This document shows positions 1 to 12,599 of a stretch of DNA of 64,000 nucleotides, piece after piece (the first letter of the stretch is position 1; every line of letters begins with the position of its first letter). The DNA is from Haplodiscus bocki. Taxonomy: Eukaryota. The DNA is taken from NCBI GenBank assembly GCA_965655095.1, contig OZ296659.1, positions 73,346,001-73,410,000 on the forward strand. The letters are read 5' to 3'. Under the pieces are notes generated by a model that was not told the origin of the DNA, ran no database searches, and saw nothing but the letters and a program-made list of their open reading frames with translations. Made by a program: the position numbers and the translations under genes.

Positions 1-59
1 CCCACGCGGCCTTAGTTTTCGGCCTTCATTTTAAGCATTATCGGATTGCAAAAAAGTTG

Positions 60-1481
60 ACAATGCTTGAAATTCTTCAAGGCAAACGTGGAAAATTCAT
101 TTACAGCGATTATTTTTTGTACAAAATTAACAAGAAAACCAACAAAAAATATATTTGGAATGCAATCGCAGGTGTGGTACAAGAAGGATAGTTGATTCAA
201 AGACTACCAATATTTCAACACTCCCAGCAGCTCATAGTCACCGTGAGGAATCTCTGGATGATCTGACCATGGAGAAAATTTGACAAAAAATGAAAAAAAC
301 GCTGAAAAAAGACCCAACTCAAAACTTGAAAAATGTTTTTGACAACGTTCTGGAACAAAATCCTAGACCACTTGCCCCGGATTACAAATCAGTAAGAAAC
401 AGCCTATACCGAATTAGGGCAAAAAAAGTTCCATCCGTCCCACATGAGGTATTTTTTTCACGTTTGAAAAAAAAAATTTCCGATATTTTTCTCTCGAAAT
501 TATTTTTAGCTCTCTGATATCCGCATTGAAGGAAAATGGGCAAAAACTTTCGATGGCAAGCGCTTTTTGCTCGAACGTGATGCATCAATAGGCGTTGCAA
601 CTTTCTTCGCAACCGAGGACGCCCTGAATCTTTTGGGGCGATGTACTTCGGTTCTGGGTGATGGTACCTTCAAGGCTACACCAGATCCTTATGATCAATT
701 GTAAATAATTTTCGGAGACGTTGACGAATATAAACCGCCATTGGTATATTCGTATATGAATGGGAAATCTGCCCCCCGCTATTGATTTCTATTGCAAACT
801 TTGAAGAGAAAAATCACTTTTTGACCCGAACAATTTGTCACTGATTATGAGAGAGGAATGATTAGTGCTATTGAAACTGATTTGTCCGATACACAGCATC
901 TAGGTTGCCAATTTTACTTTTCTCATGCAATTTTTCGAACAGTTCAGGAATTGGGACTACAGCATGGATATAGTCAGAATAATCAATTGCAGCGCGCAAT
1001 TCGAATGATAATGGCCACAGCGTATTTGCCTCCGGCCTAAGTTTACCCAAAGATGGCTAATTTTTGTTCCCGCCCCACAACCCAGTTATTGGTTTCGATT
1101 TACCCTAGATTCGCCAAAATTTTGAGATTTTTTCACCGAACCTGGGTGTGCACTTTCCCGATTTCCATATGGAATGTTTTTGATAGAAACGAAAAAATGG
1201 GGAGATGAAACACCTGTGAAGGATGGAACAATTCGTGAAATCAGAAAAATAATCGTACAAGGCCTATTTTTTGGGTTTCATTGAGTTTCTTTAAATTACA
1301 GGAAGGAAAAACCCGAAATAAGATTGCCGACCTCAACCGTGGACGCTCCCCTGCCTTACAAAAAAAGAAATGGCGAAAATATAACTCCCAAGTTTTGGCG
1401 CTGAAGAAGTCCCTTACTTTGGGAAATAGATCTGTAGATTGCTATTGGGATACGATGGCCCAACTTTGTAATACAATTTAA
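60..1481 (+). pseudogene. Mutator-like (MULE) transposase, FLYWCH-type N-terminus, degraded
   Basis: Broken frames give YKINKKT..YIW-C, then GDGTFKATP (~657-680), VTDYERGMISAI...HLGCQFYFSHAIFR (840-940) and NTCEGWNN (~1209-1232). These are hallmark MULE DDE-domain motifs. Stops and frameshifts are present. Confidence 0.85.
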
Positions 1482-1559
1482 TACCAAAAGTAATAGAAAT
1501 TTGCAATATTTTCAATTTGTTGTATTCAATAATATTCCGTTAATAATAATTTTCATCAA

Positions 1560-1672
1560 TATTTTTCGGAGTTAGGCTAAACTTAATTTATTTTCGGAGC
1601 TGTGGATCACTTGTTTAAATTTCGGAGTTGTGAAATTATTTTATTGTTTTCGGAGTTGCGGTGTGGAATCTT
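1560..1672. repeat. Subterminal repeat array (4x TTTCGGAG), likely right TIR of the MULE element
   Basis: TTTCGGAG(T/C)T occurs at ~1564, 1592, 1620 and 1647, just downstream of the transposase stop. The left TIR lies outside the window. Confidence 0.55.
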
Positions 1673-2299
1673 TGGCCGCTCATTACATTAGAAATAACAC
1701 AGATTAAGTTTATGAGTACCCACGCCGAGTCACATGTTGGCAAATAATAGCTTAACGGTCATAGCGTCAAGGAAATAGCAAATATGAGCAAGTCTGAATC
1801 GGTAGTGATTGAGTCAATAGAGGTGCGAGAACTTTTACGCTTTCTATTTTACCTTGACATCTTGAACAAGCTTTTGCTGCTGCAGTGTGAACATTCAAAA
1901 TACATGTATGCTAGATGTCTGAATTTTCCATGTTTTATAAAGTATTTGGCTGCTTACATGCACGCATTTTGCATGTTTTATCTGTACGTCTCACTAGGGA
2001 AGAAATAGTAGAAACAGAAACGACTAGAAAAACTAACAGCTAAATTTGCCCGTTCAATTATTATTTTTTCTTCTGTTTTATTATGGAAAAAACTGTCGAT
2101 TCCGGCAGTTGATTGTTTTCTGCACCGGTTTGCTAGTTCCACAGGAACCGTCGCTTAGTTTGCCTGAGCCGAACAGGCTTTCGAATATCCCGCTATTCCT
2201 TGTGCTACCTTAACTTAGCGTTGCTATGGTGACCTTTAGCAATGTTCTACATCATGAAAAAACACTCATGGAAATTTATTTTATGTTATTTTTAGAACG

Positions 2300-4250
2300 T
2301 AATTCAAACACACCCTTAAAGGCTTGTTTTCCTTGCATTAAAGTCCTGATGGGTCAAAACTGCCAAAAACTGCCTCCGGTTGTTACTTTTCTGGATATTC
2401 AAATTAATCGCCCAATCCATCAATTTGTCGGCTCTCTCAAATCTATCAAAATATCAATGGACCGTTTTCTTGATCCGATTTTAGACCCTCTGTAGAAGAC
2501 CATAATTATCGCTTTTTACTTTCCAGTTAATCTCCGAATGACCGAAGAAATAAAAAACGCAAGTTGTAACTTTCCACGATCTTCAAAATAATTTTTCTAC
2601 GGAAGGACCTGCTACAATTCTTTCGCAGTCTCAAATGAAAACTGTCTGTTTCTAGAAAGGTAAAAGATAATTGAACCATGTGCTATGGATCTTACATAAA
2701 AACAGCGATCGACCGCAAACTGCAAGAGGTGCCTTTAATCGTGGTAATGCTGTCAATAGAGCACACTTTCAACAAAACTTTCGACCAAAGTTTTTCGATC
2801 TTAGTCCCAATCGACAGTTTTTCATTTGTAGAACTTTCTTTAAAAACAAAAGTTGTTAGCTTCTTTGCGTGAGAAACATGATTTACTGAGAATACCAACA
2901 AGTGAAGTTTATCTAAATTCCGTTGAAGTCCAGATTCAGAGCTTTCCGAATATAGGCGCTGTACCTCATGCATCAAGGTCTCAATTCTCAAATTCGTCCT
3001 TCCTGCTCGTAAACAAAAGTCGCAAACGGTAGTGATACTTTTGTTCCCTGTTTTAGAACTCAGAGAGGTCCAAAAGTTCAGAAAGGAAGAAAACTTCTAC
3101 CTCTTTTTTGCATTCTGCCAGTACTAGGGAATCATTTGTTTATTTGTGGTCTCAATCGCCATGATTTTTTAAGCGAGCGGTACTTTAGTTAAAAAAAGAA
3201 CTTTCCTTTCCTTGTATCAAAACTCTGCAAAGCTGAAAAAGCCGAGAACTGTAATTTAACCGGTTAATTCGTATCCGGATAAGTCAGATATCCGTTTAAT
3301 TCGTGTTTGGTTTTAACGCAATCAGAAACCCATATTGTATCAAGCTATGTTTTGTGGTAATGCTCTTTAATGTGTTTTTTTTCATACGGTCTCTAGCACT
3401 TGAATTTAGAAGGATTACCTTCCTAAACTTTCTTCGATGTTCAAATACATTTTTCTCTGTATTTCATCCATCAGTTCGTAACCGCCAGCTATCTATCTTC
3501 AAAATTTTGTTTCGAAACGGATGTGACTGTTTTATTGACACCAGATATCTGATAAGGCGGGAGTGCCAAAAACGTGCATTTTTCAAAAAAATAACTTTTT
3601 GAAGTGAAACTCAGCCTTCTGTGAATTTAAGGGCTTTGTCCCCCAGTTAGAATTGGAAACTTGTAAAAGGTTCTTCGAAGTCAATCTTGACAATTTTGTT
3701 CTTTGCTTTGGAACTATTGTAGCCCTGAAAATCCGAAAGGCATTTTTGAAACATTTTGTTGTATTGAACAACTTGGCTTCTGTATTCTAACCCACAGAGT
3801 CTAAAATGGAAGCATTTTTGCTGAGTGTTTTTCCAGAAAAGCATTTTCGCTATTATCGCTTGCCACAAAACCACAATGGTCTAAAAGTCACCACCAGTCT
3901 AATTTGTAACGTCTCCCTGCGTTATTCAAATCTGTTCCAGAAAAGCACTTCCGTCGTGATCCCAGTCAACAGCAAACGAGTTTCGAAAAGTTTCTCATAA
4001 TATCTTCTCCGATTTCAATCTTTTGCTTCAGAAACCGCAAAGGTCGAAAAGGTCAAAAAGTGCTCGTGGTCATGCTTTTTCTTCATCGTCAACTCATTTT
4101 TGTCCAAATGGAATAGCTGAAATTTTTCCGTCAAGACATCAGGTGGCAGTTTTTTATCTGTAAGAAGCCTGTTGAAAGATTTTTGCTATCGGATTTGTTG
4201 CTCGCATCGGGACGCTCATACGGCGTCTAATCAGAAAACTTCAATCAGCA
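2300..4250 (-). pseudogene. Highly degenerate CR1/L2-like LINE reverse transcriptase 3' region
   Basis: The minus ORF 2692-2991 has GLQRNLDKL...N (cf. LQxDLDxLxxW..N after the RT YADD motif), followed by thumb-like residues. The rest is very decayed. Confidence 0.35.
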
Positions 4251-4659
4251 ATTTTTTTCTCGTTATGCAAACATATACTTTAGCAAAAGCTGGCTAAAGA
4301 TTCACCATCCGGGACCCAATCGACAACTTGATTCTGATCGAAGGTAGTTTGATATACATGAAACTACCGACTCGTATTTTTGGAACAAAAAGTGGCCAAA
4401 AAAATCGGGAGATTCAATTAGTAACGCTTCTCTCGACATTGAAATTCTAAGTCTAAGTAAACCGAGTGCACTGTAGCCAGCGTTCAAGGAAAATCCTTAG
4501 AGAGTCCGAAAAACCTTAAAGAGTCCGTGATTAATTATAGGCAGTCAGAGAAACAAGCGTAACTACGCTGCAAGCTTCGCAGCCTCCATACAGTGTCAAT
4601 TACGGATCAATGTAGTGAACGAAAACATCTAAAGGACCAGCAGATGGAGGAAGGTTTAT

Positions 4660-7600
4660 TAATTAAGTCATCGTATTGCATATATAACCACATTGGCTAT
4701 ATAGAAAAGAAAAACAGTCAGCATTGAAGGCTCGTCCAGATGAATGACGACAACCTTCCCTTTTCAACGGAAGATGAAATGGATCTCTCCTAAAAAGTCA
4801 ACCGTCGAACTGAGCAGCACCCCTTTATACAAAGTATGGAACTGTTTAAAAGAGCACAACTGATTTTCATCCGGCTTTAGTTTATCGCGTCGAAGTGGCT
4901 ATCCTGGCCTCTCTCAATGATCTATAGTGCAAGCATGGAGACTAAAATCGAAGAAGGCATTGACCTCTGAAGGTGCTGTTTTCCACAACAGGTACATTTT
5001 GCTCATCTTGCAGCTTTTCCAGTGATCCATGAAAGATGCATGCACTTTTCTTATCTTTCTGAGAAGACTTTCTGGGCGGATTGAGAATATTGACATCGGA
5101 GTATGTTCTGAAAAGTCTAGACTCTCGGAGACCACTTGCTTGGATGTCCAGGGGAGCTTCAACTTCAGCACATATTTATTTGAGATTCCCCTTCCATCGC
5201 CTGGAGTTGTGGCTCTACCTCAACGTCCTAGCAAACGCTTCACATGGTTTTTGGAAATATATCGTGTCGCATGTGGGTGAAACCTCCCTTTCAAAAACGC
5301 AACGAATAGGAGGAATGCAAGTCTCCACAGGGACATTTCGGGGGTATGTTCTGGGCCCCCGGCTATGCCTCATCGGTAGACCGACACGAAAATCAAACGT
5401 GGTGAGGTTGACCGTCAGGAGCCAGGCAGCGAGCCAGTTTGATAATGTTTTTCTGTAAATTAGTGGAACAATATTTTGTTGACTTTCATCTGGATTGTTT
5501 ACTAGTGCGCTGATCATTCAGCCTATGGAAGTCCTGTTTTTTTTTCATTTGATGTATTGTTTTTATATTGATTCGTTTCAGCAGTAATGTCGTCGTCATC
5601 ATCAACATGTGATGTTGCCCAACTCAACCAGTCTACCTTGTTACTCTTACCATCTGAAGTCAGATTTCTCAAACCACCCTTGTTGAACTGCAGAAAAAAG
5701 AGTGTTCACTCCGCGCCGCAGTTGTGTGATGACCGGCGTCAGAATTTGTTTCATCATCACTTCGGTTTTCTCGAGAAAATATTCTAATTCTGGTGTTGTG
5801 CAAGGCAAACGTCAGCATATAATGATCAACTTTGGTGGAAGTAATTTGCGGGGACTTGTTGTGGGATATGCTAGTTCTTCAATAACCTGCGTGCACGCTT
5901 GTAAATTCTAAGGATGGAATGTTTCCGAAAATTGCGTTGATTTAATAGTCGATCGAAGTACACGGTTTACCTCACGTACTTCGGAATCTATGTTTCTGAA
6001 CATGTTCCGTGCTTTTCTTTTTTTAAAATGTTTGGTATTCAGCTGCTATTCTTTGTTGTTCAATCGGAATGAAGACCGTGGAAATGCAACATCTAATGTC
6101 AACTTCGAAGCAATTTGAGGCTTCCTTCTGCGTTGCCATCGTCCGCATAGCATCTTTAAGTCACATTGGTTTCTTTTGTATCAACCATGGAGTGTGCAAG
6201 TGATAACCCATACAAGGAACTTGATAGAGATCTTCCGGAGTATCTCTTTCTTGGGACAAATTGCTTTTAAAGTCAACGTGTAAAGTTTTCGGTGCTCCTT
6301 ATGAGCTCTGCAGGACTGTGATTGTCCCTAGATAGATCTTTAGACACTCCGCAAAGCCGGGTTACTGTTCAAGCTGATGAAGACTTTTTGCATCGAACAA
6401 TAGAACGTCCTCCTTCTCAGTTCCATGAAAAATTTTGCGAAGTTTTTTCAAGGCTTATTTGACACCACACTTTCGAACACAACAGAGTTGTCTGTTTTGG
6501 CCCCAACCTTTTAATCATATGCGTATACCTCTCAGAACGTTCCTTCCGATAACGCGTCTCAAACTTTCTTCTACAATTGTTGGCCCTAATCGGAGATTTT
6601 CAAGTAAAAGTATGAGACAGCAAGTATTCTAGGGCGCCGGACTACCGTCAGTGATGCTATACGTAGCTAAACGTCGATCTAAATTCGCAAGGTCATTTCA
6701 GAGGTTTGTCGCCAAATGACGGAATTCCCTAATTTGAAAAAACTATCGAAGCCAGTCACTCACATCTTTACCAAATGGTTCCTGGCTTCCATGTGTCAGC
6801 AGGTAATTTTTCTTGATAGCAGAAATGTCAATTTTTTCAGAAACAATAAAGTGATGTTCATCTGTTTCGCTAAATCTTCTCAAAACGTTTTTTTTCGGAA
6901 AATCTGGAAAACAACAAACGCACGTTCAACTGACCCTATTTGAAAAGAATACTCTGCAAGTTTGAATGTTTATTGAGCAATTAATACTTTTCAAGCCGTT
7001 GTGGAAATTAGAGCCTCGACAAAGTTTGTTATTCTTTTTCGCAAAATGACAAAAATAGGAAAATATTTTAAGTTTGTTCTCACGATGAAATTTGATGATG
7101 AATCAAATTGACATTCGGAGTACGACAAACACTGGTTTCAACGATATGTATACCACAAGTTTCGTCACTTTTTTTATCAGCATTTCAGTTGATTTTGCTT
7201 CAAGCAGCCATATGCAGGTTCTCTTTTTTCCTGAGAAATTTCACTTGTCCGAGTTAAGAGCAAAATTACCAAGGTCTTCTCCAGAGACCGCACTTGTTAA
7301 CTTCATTGCAAGTGTACTGTAGGGGTTACCCAATTATCTTTCGCAGCGAAAACTACGGCTGCCCCCCCCCCCAGTCTTGACTTTCGCAACAACGTTGTCC
7401 ACTTCAAAATGCAATGCGTCAAAGATATTTCATGCACATTGACCGGAGAGCTATAAACAGGTCTCAAATCATTTGTGCCGCCATTAGAAACATTTTCAAA
7501 CAATGAGTTTGTCATAACTTTTTTTTGAGTGTCTTGACAAGCATTGCTTTCTACGAACTTTTCAATAGTCTCATCTAATTGAATGAAAAGTCTTCTGTTT

Positions 7601-7700
7601 TGCTGCTTTCTCTCTGCGAGTTGAAACCATATCTCTTTCAACCAGTGAGTTCATTCAAGTTTGGAAAAAGCGTCAATGACTTTCTCAACAAATAACACCA
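4660..7700 (-). mobile_element. Degraded CRE-clade-like non-LTR retrotransposon (RT + C-terminal restriction-like endonuclease)
   Basis: Minus-strand motifs appear in the correct order: GPTIVEESLRRVIG (~6550-6590; cf. RPIGIGEVLRRIIG), LLFDAK..SLN (~6365-6410), LSQE...SLYGLS (~6200-6260), CYADDGNAEG (6125-6152), then KGGFTHMRHD (~5262-5292), DVEVEPQLQ (~5200-5228), LDIQASG (~5131-5151) and DVNILNP. Confidence 0.8.
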
Positions 7701-8899
7701 TTCTCAACGGCAGCAACAAAAGAAGCTCACCTGTTCAGGGGAAGAACTTGTGGTTTGGTTTGCTCTTGCTGGAATGGATTCAGCCTTTGCGTCAATCGTT
7801 GGTCGCGTCTTTTCTGTTTATCTTCAAGTCGGCGTCCAATCGGGATCTGTCGCCTAATGATTCCAAAATTTTAACTGTAACTAAAACTTTAACCATAACA
7901 AACAACAGAGCTTATTCAAGGCAATTTACATGACATCATTCAACAGCTGCTATAAATAGGAACAAAATGGGAGAAGGAACTAGTTGTTCATGAGATTTAG
8001 TCTGTCTAGAAAATATCGTCAGGCTTCATGAGACAATGTTCAGCCGGGTCAGTGCTTATGACTGGTTATGACTGCAAATTGATTTCAAGGTGTGAAAACG
8101 TGCTCCAGTGCTTCAATCAACACTGGAAAACGAAACTCTAACTAAATCAAAATGTTCCCATGAGACTTGTGCTTCCCAATATAGCGAAATCAAGCTCTGG
8201 TTGTCGAGTTTCTTATTTCCGATACTTTGAAAAAGCACCAAGACTGCAAGCTAACACAAATTTTTGGTCCATGGACAACATTAGCGTGGGTTTGTGGGAT
8301 ATGACCGGTTGATGTTATCCTTTCGTCTCACTTTCTATTAGCATAAAAAGTTTGAGTAGGGCAGATAGTGGGCATTGTTATACTTGTTGATCATAAGTGA
8401 TCGCATTGCGAAAATAAGACTAGATATCTAGGCTACCGGTAGATTTCGCCACCGCTCGTTAACTCTCTTTGTTTTTTGAAGCTTAGTGTCAACATTGTCA
8501 TGACTTAATTGTCCTTTGACGGGAGTATGTTACAGACTGACTTGTTGAGGTTTGTCCCTGCACTGTTTGTTTTTTTTTCGTGGTCTTAAAATATAAGTGA
8601 GCAACCATATGGTATTCTTACTACCCTTATACAACCTGGTTAGCATCACTAGCAATCATTTTTTTCATTGAGATTTAGTCCAGTCATTAAAGACCGGCTT
8701 TTGATTTAATTTTTTGCGCTACGTTTTTTTCAGCCTGTCAAATTGCAATCAAGATAAAATATTCTGACCGAGTTTTGATTTAAAGCCTCCAGCACCGCCA
8801 TTTTTGAATATATTCAGCTAATTTGAATTTATTACCCAATTGGATTGAAATATATTTTAGATAGTTTTTTGTTTACATTGCAAAACTGTTTCTCTAAAT

Positions 8900-10900
8900 G
8901 CATTAGTCAATGAACTCAGACTTCCGCTTGTTATATGGATTTATTGTACCATCCATTTAATATAATTATACTTTGTACATGTTCATCCAGGTCAGTATTT
9001 TCGAGAAAACACAGAAAAATATTTTTGATTGAAATAGTTTCAGTTGTCACCTCTAGCTGTGGAAAAAAACAAATGTTAATCCAAGTCATGAGTATCCATA
9101 AACCATATCACATGTCTGTCTTTTGCAAGCAACAACCTGCAACAAGTGAAGAGTTTCTCGAAATAGGACCAATCACAATTTATGATATCCTTTTCGATTG
9201 TTCAAAAACGTTTTCCAGAAAGGAACTTCGAAAAAAAGATCTGCTATCTCTTTTCAAGTACACCAGTTTTCATCAAGAATTTAACGGTGTTTTAGCACCG
9301 ATGGGGAAATGCATCAATAGCGAGAGACAAACTTTGTAAAAGTGTTTCCACTAATTCATCCGTGGGACCATAGTAAAAACGACATGGACTAAAAGATTGT
9401 TCTTGCATCTTTATTCCGACGGCCCGGCACCTGCGAACATTAATACCAACTCTTGAAACCTTCTGATTGAAAAAAAAATGTGCATTGAAGCCGGTTCATG
9501 TCCGCTTTTCTATCCTGTTCAAACCCTGCATCTTTTGATGCCATCAGATAGTCTAGTGGTGTAGTGTACACTATCAAAAACGGCCTTTTTGTGACGTTTG
9601 ACCAATATGTTTCTGTGTTCGCGTTCTTGGAACAGTTGATTCCCTCAAACTGGTCTGGAAAAAGAACGTCATTGTCCTCAGAAGTCATTTCTGGCATATC
9701 AAGTTTTTGCATGAGACAGGGTGGCAGGTACTTCTTTTTTCTAACGTTGTTTAATGCGCGAACCTTTCAACTGTCGGGCTGCGAAATGGCTTAAGTTAAA
9801 AACGCCTAAATGACAAATCTAATGTTCGAGAAAGAGACACTGTGGCCAGTAATTGCCTGAATTCGATTTTTTGGAACAAACTTTGATTGACAGCTGGCGT
9901 GGCTATTCTGAAAGTATCAATCATATCTCGGATCAAGAAGAAACATGTAACGAAACCAGCTTTTGCTCAATTTTTTTCTAAGTCGAACTTCGAACCTAGT
10001 GAAGCCTTTATCATTAGCTAAAATTTCATAACATTTCAAAGTCACATTTTTAATTCGTTTGGTAAAAAGTATCAAGCGAAGAAATCGATTCATTCAGGTA
10101 ATTTTTATCTTTTTTTAGGAATTACCCGTGACTCGTAGATTTCAGTTAGTTTCTTGAAGACCCTACTTAGTTTTTTGCTTACAAAGCACCGTATTGTTTA
10201 CATAGCAGATATACAGTCTGTTCTGCCTAATTTTATTTTCGGTTTACTCCAAAATGAAGTTGTTCAGAGAATTCATGTACATTTTGCTGCGTAGTTTTGG
10301 AGGAGTATGGATTTGAAATTCAAGATATGTCACTATTAGTAGCAATTTTTGCAATTTTTGGACTATCAGGAGTCCAACGGAAAAAAAACAGATGACTTTT
10401 CAATCGCAAAACCGTCCACAGATATGAAGCTGCTGGTAAGGATTTTGATGGAAGTAGTCAAGCCAATTCGAGAGAATTTGAAAACAAATTTCGAGTTTTG
10501 TCAAAACTTATAGCACTTTAGGGCATTTTCGAGTGAACACTATTCCGGAGAATGATGTCATACTCCTCCAATGAAAAGATGTTGGTTGTTAGTTGAAATA
10601 ATTGCCAAAGGAATGAAGCAGGTACTCTTGAAGAATTGTGTGTTTGAAAATCTAGATCAATGATTTTTAAAGCATTTCCTCCTGTTTTTTGGACTATCGG
10701 GATACCGACGGAAAGAACAAAATAACATATTTGCAAAATCAAACAACTCTGCTCAGGTACGAAGTTGTCGACTTTTAACTTGATGCAAGAATTGATTGTT
10801 GTATTTTTGGACGAAAGTGACTTCGAAAGTCAAGGAAAATCAGTAGTCCTCACCTTCTTTGAGATTCTTCCGATGAGGGATCGCAGAGCGAAGTGATCCA
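8900..10900 (-). pseudogene. Very degenerate Gypsy-like pol fragment
   Basis: IPIVQKTGG..LKIIDL (cf. SPIVxVxKxDGxxRxCxD, RT) is followed by KRPFLIVYTTPLDYL (cf. GRxFxIxTDHxPL, RNase H) in the expected order. Matches are weak. Confidence 0.3.
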
Positions 10901-12599
10901 ACAAAAACATTTTAGAATTCATTCTGTAGTTTTTGGTTCCACAGAAACCGGAAAACCGAGAAGAACTGACAGCTTGCAGGGAAAAAATCTAGTTCTTGAA
11001 TTCATATTTAAAGTTTGAACTGAAGAATTTTCAACATCTCGGTTTTTTGAAAAAAAAAGAATTTCCCCAATTTTCTTTTGAGAATTTCCCAAAAAAAGGA
11101 AATGTCTCACTCACGTTGGGAAAAGACAAATAATCAATAATCGAGAAAAGAAGGAAATTAGTAGAAATAATTCGGTTTTTCACAAGCAATTTTTATTTTC
11201 TCGCTGTGGAAAGTAAAGAGATTGAATGCAAGTAACTAAAAAGACTTTTTGTAATAGATTGCAAAAAGCTATCTGCGGACATCTTGACTGCCGTGACAGC
11301 TCAATTAAATGTAATTTACAAAACTGCAACGAACTCTTCGCTCCATTTAAAGTTTCGGAAATACGGAAATCTCGTTTACCGAATTGAATTTTTTCCTTTA
11401 GCTATTATTTCTGACGGAATTTTGAAATTGACTATTCTGCCAGCTTGGACTTTTCAGGCCTACATTCGCCTATTTCGGAAACTGTCAAAGTGAAGGAGAG
11501 ACTATAGTACGCTCAATAAGCTTTTTCACGACTATTTGGCGAGATAAAGGAAAGCTTCTGTAGTCTCTGAGCCTCCTGTTGTAGAGATTTATCTAAAAAA
11601 AACGTAATCATTCCGACAGAAACATTGTTTGCCACTTTTTATTTTATCTAACGGAGCCCCCGAGACACGTCTTTTGGCTCAACAACTCCTTCGAACGTTT
11701 TTTCTTTCTCTTGTTAGGTATCGTTCTCTAACATCTACGCATTCATCCATGAGATTGTTTTTTCTAAATGAGGTTGCCTTTTTAACAAACGCTCGTCTGG
11801 TCGCCGATATAACCTTCCTCAACTTTAACTGAATTTGACAGAACCAAAGAGAAACTTCCATAAGTTCCACAAGGTTTAAAAATAGAACGTCGATTGTTGT
11901 GTATTTTCAGTAAGACCCCAAAATTCTTTACGGACAATAGTTTTCCAAAGAGACGCGTTTTGAAAATGGAACAAAATTGGCTTTCGTTTGTGTTTCCTCT
12001 AAAATAATAACACAATACAGCCAATGAAATGCTTCAAAATGTTTTTTGACATTTTTCGCTTAAAAACAGGCTATTCTTTATAACCGCCAACTTTCTTCAG
12101 GAACATCTTTCTTCAAGGAAACGGTATATTATTCAGACCAAGTAACAAGTTTGGTCCTCTTCCTCCTCTCACGGCTTTGACCGGGATTGAAGCGTTCCAA
12201 GGGCGTCTGTATTGGGCTGACCGAAAACGCCAGTGGATATTCCGGAAGTTAATCAAACTAATATACTCACAGACCGATAACGTGCAGGTGCAAATTCAAA
12301 GTAATTCCAAATTGTTTTTTAACTTGAGTTTTTCTATTTGTTGATTTCCCAAACAAACCACAAAACGGTTAATTTTGTCTTTAAAAAACATCCAGTGGGT
12401 GACTAGAGTGCACACAAAGCACAAAGAGAAATGAAACCTATTACCAGAATTTAAAAGCAACAAGGGAACTTAACAAGTGTTGAAATTAGAAGCGTAGCAC
12501 ATTTGACAAGACACAAAATTAAACGTCAAATCTTCTGATCTTCTAACTGTGTGCATTCTTGGCTGATCTTGAAATGGTCGCTGACATTCGGTGAGCTAA

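Noticed and set aside
11600-12030. GIY-YIG (Penelope) endonuclease suggested by 'GYIGDQT'
   Set aside because: Only a single short word matches, with no upstream VY/IY motif or downstream R..EH support.
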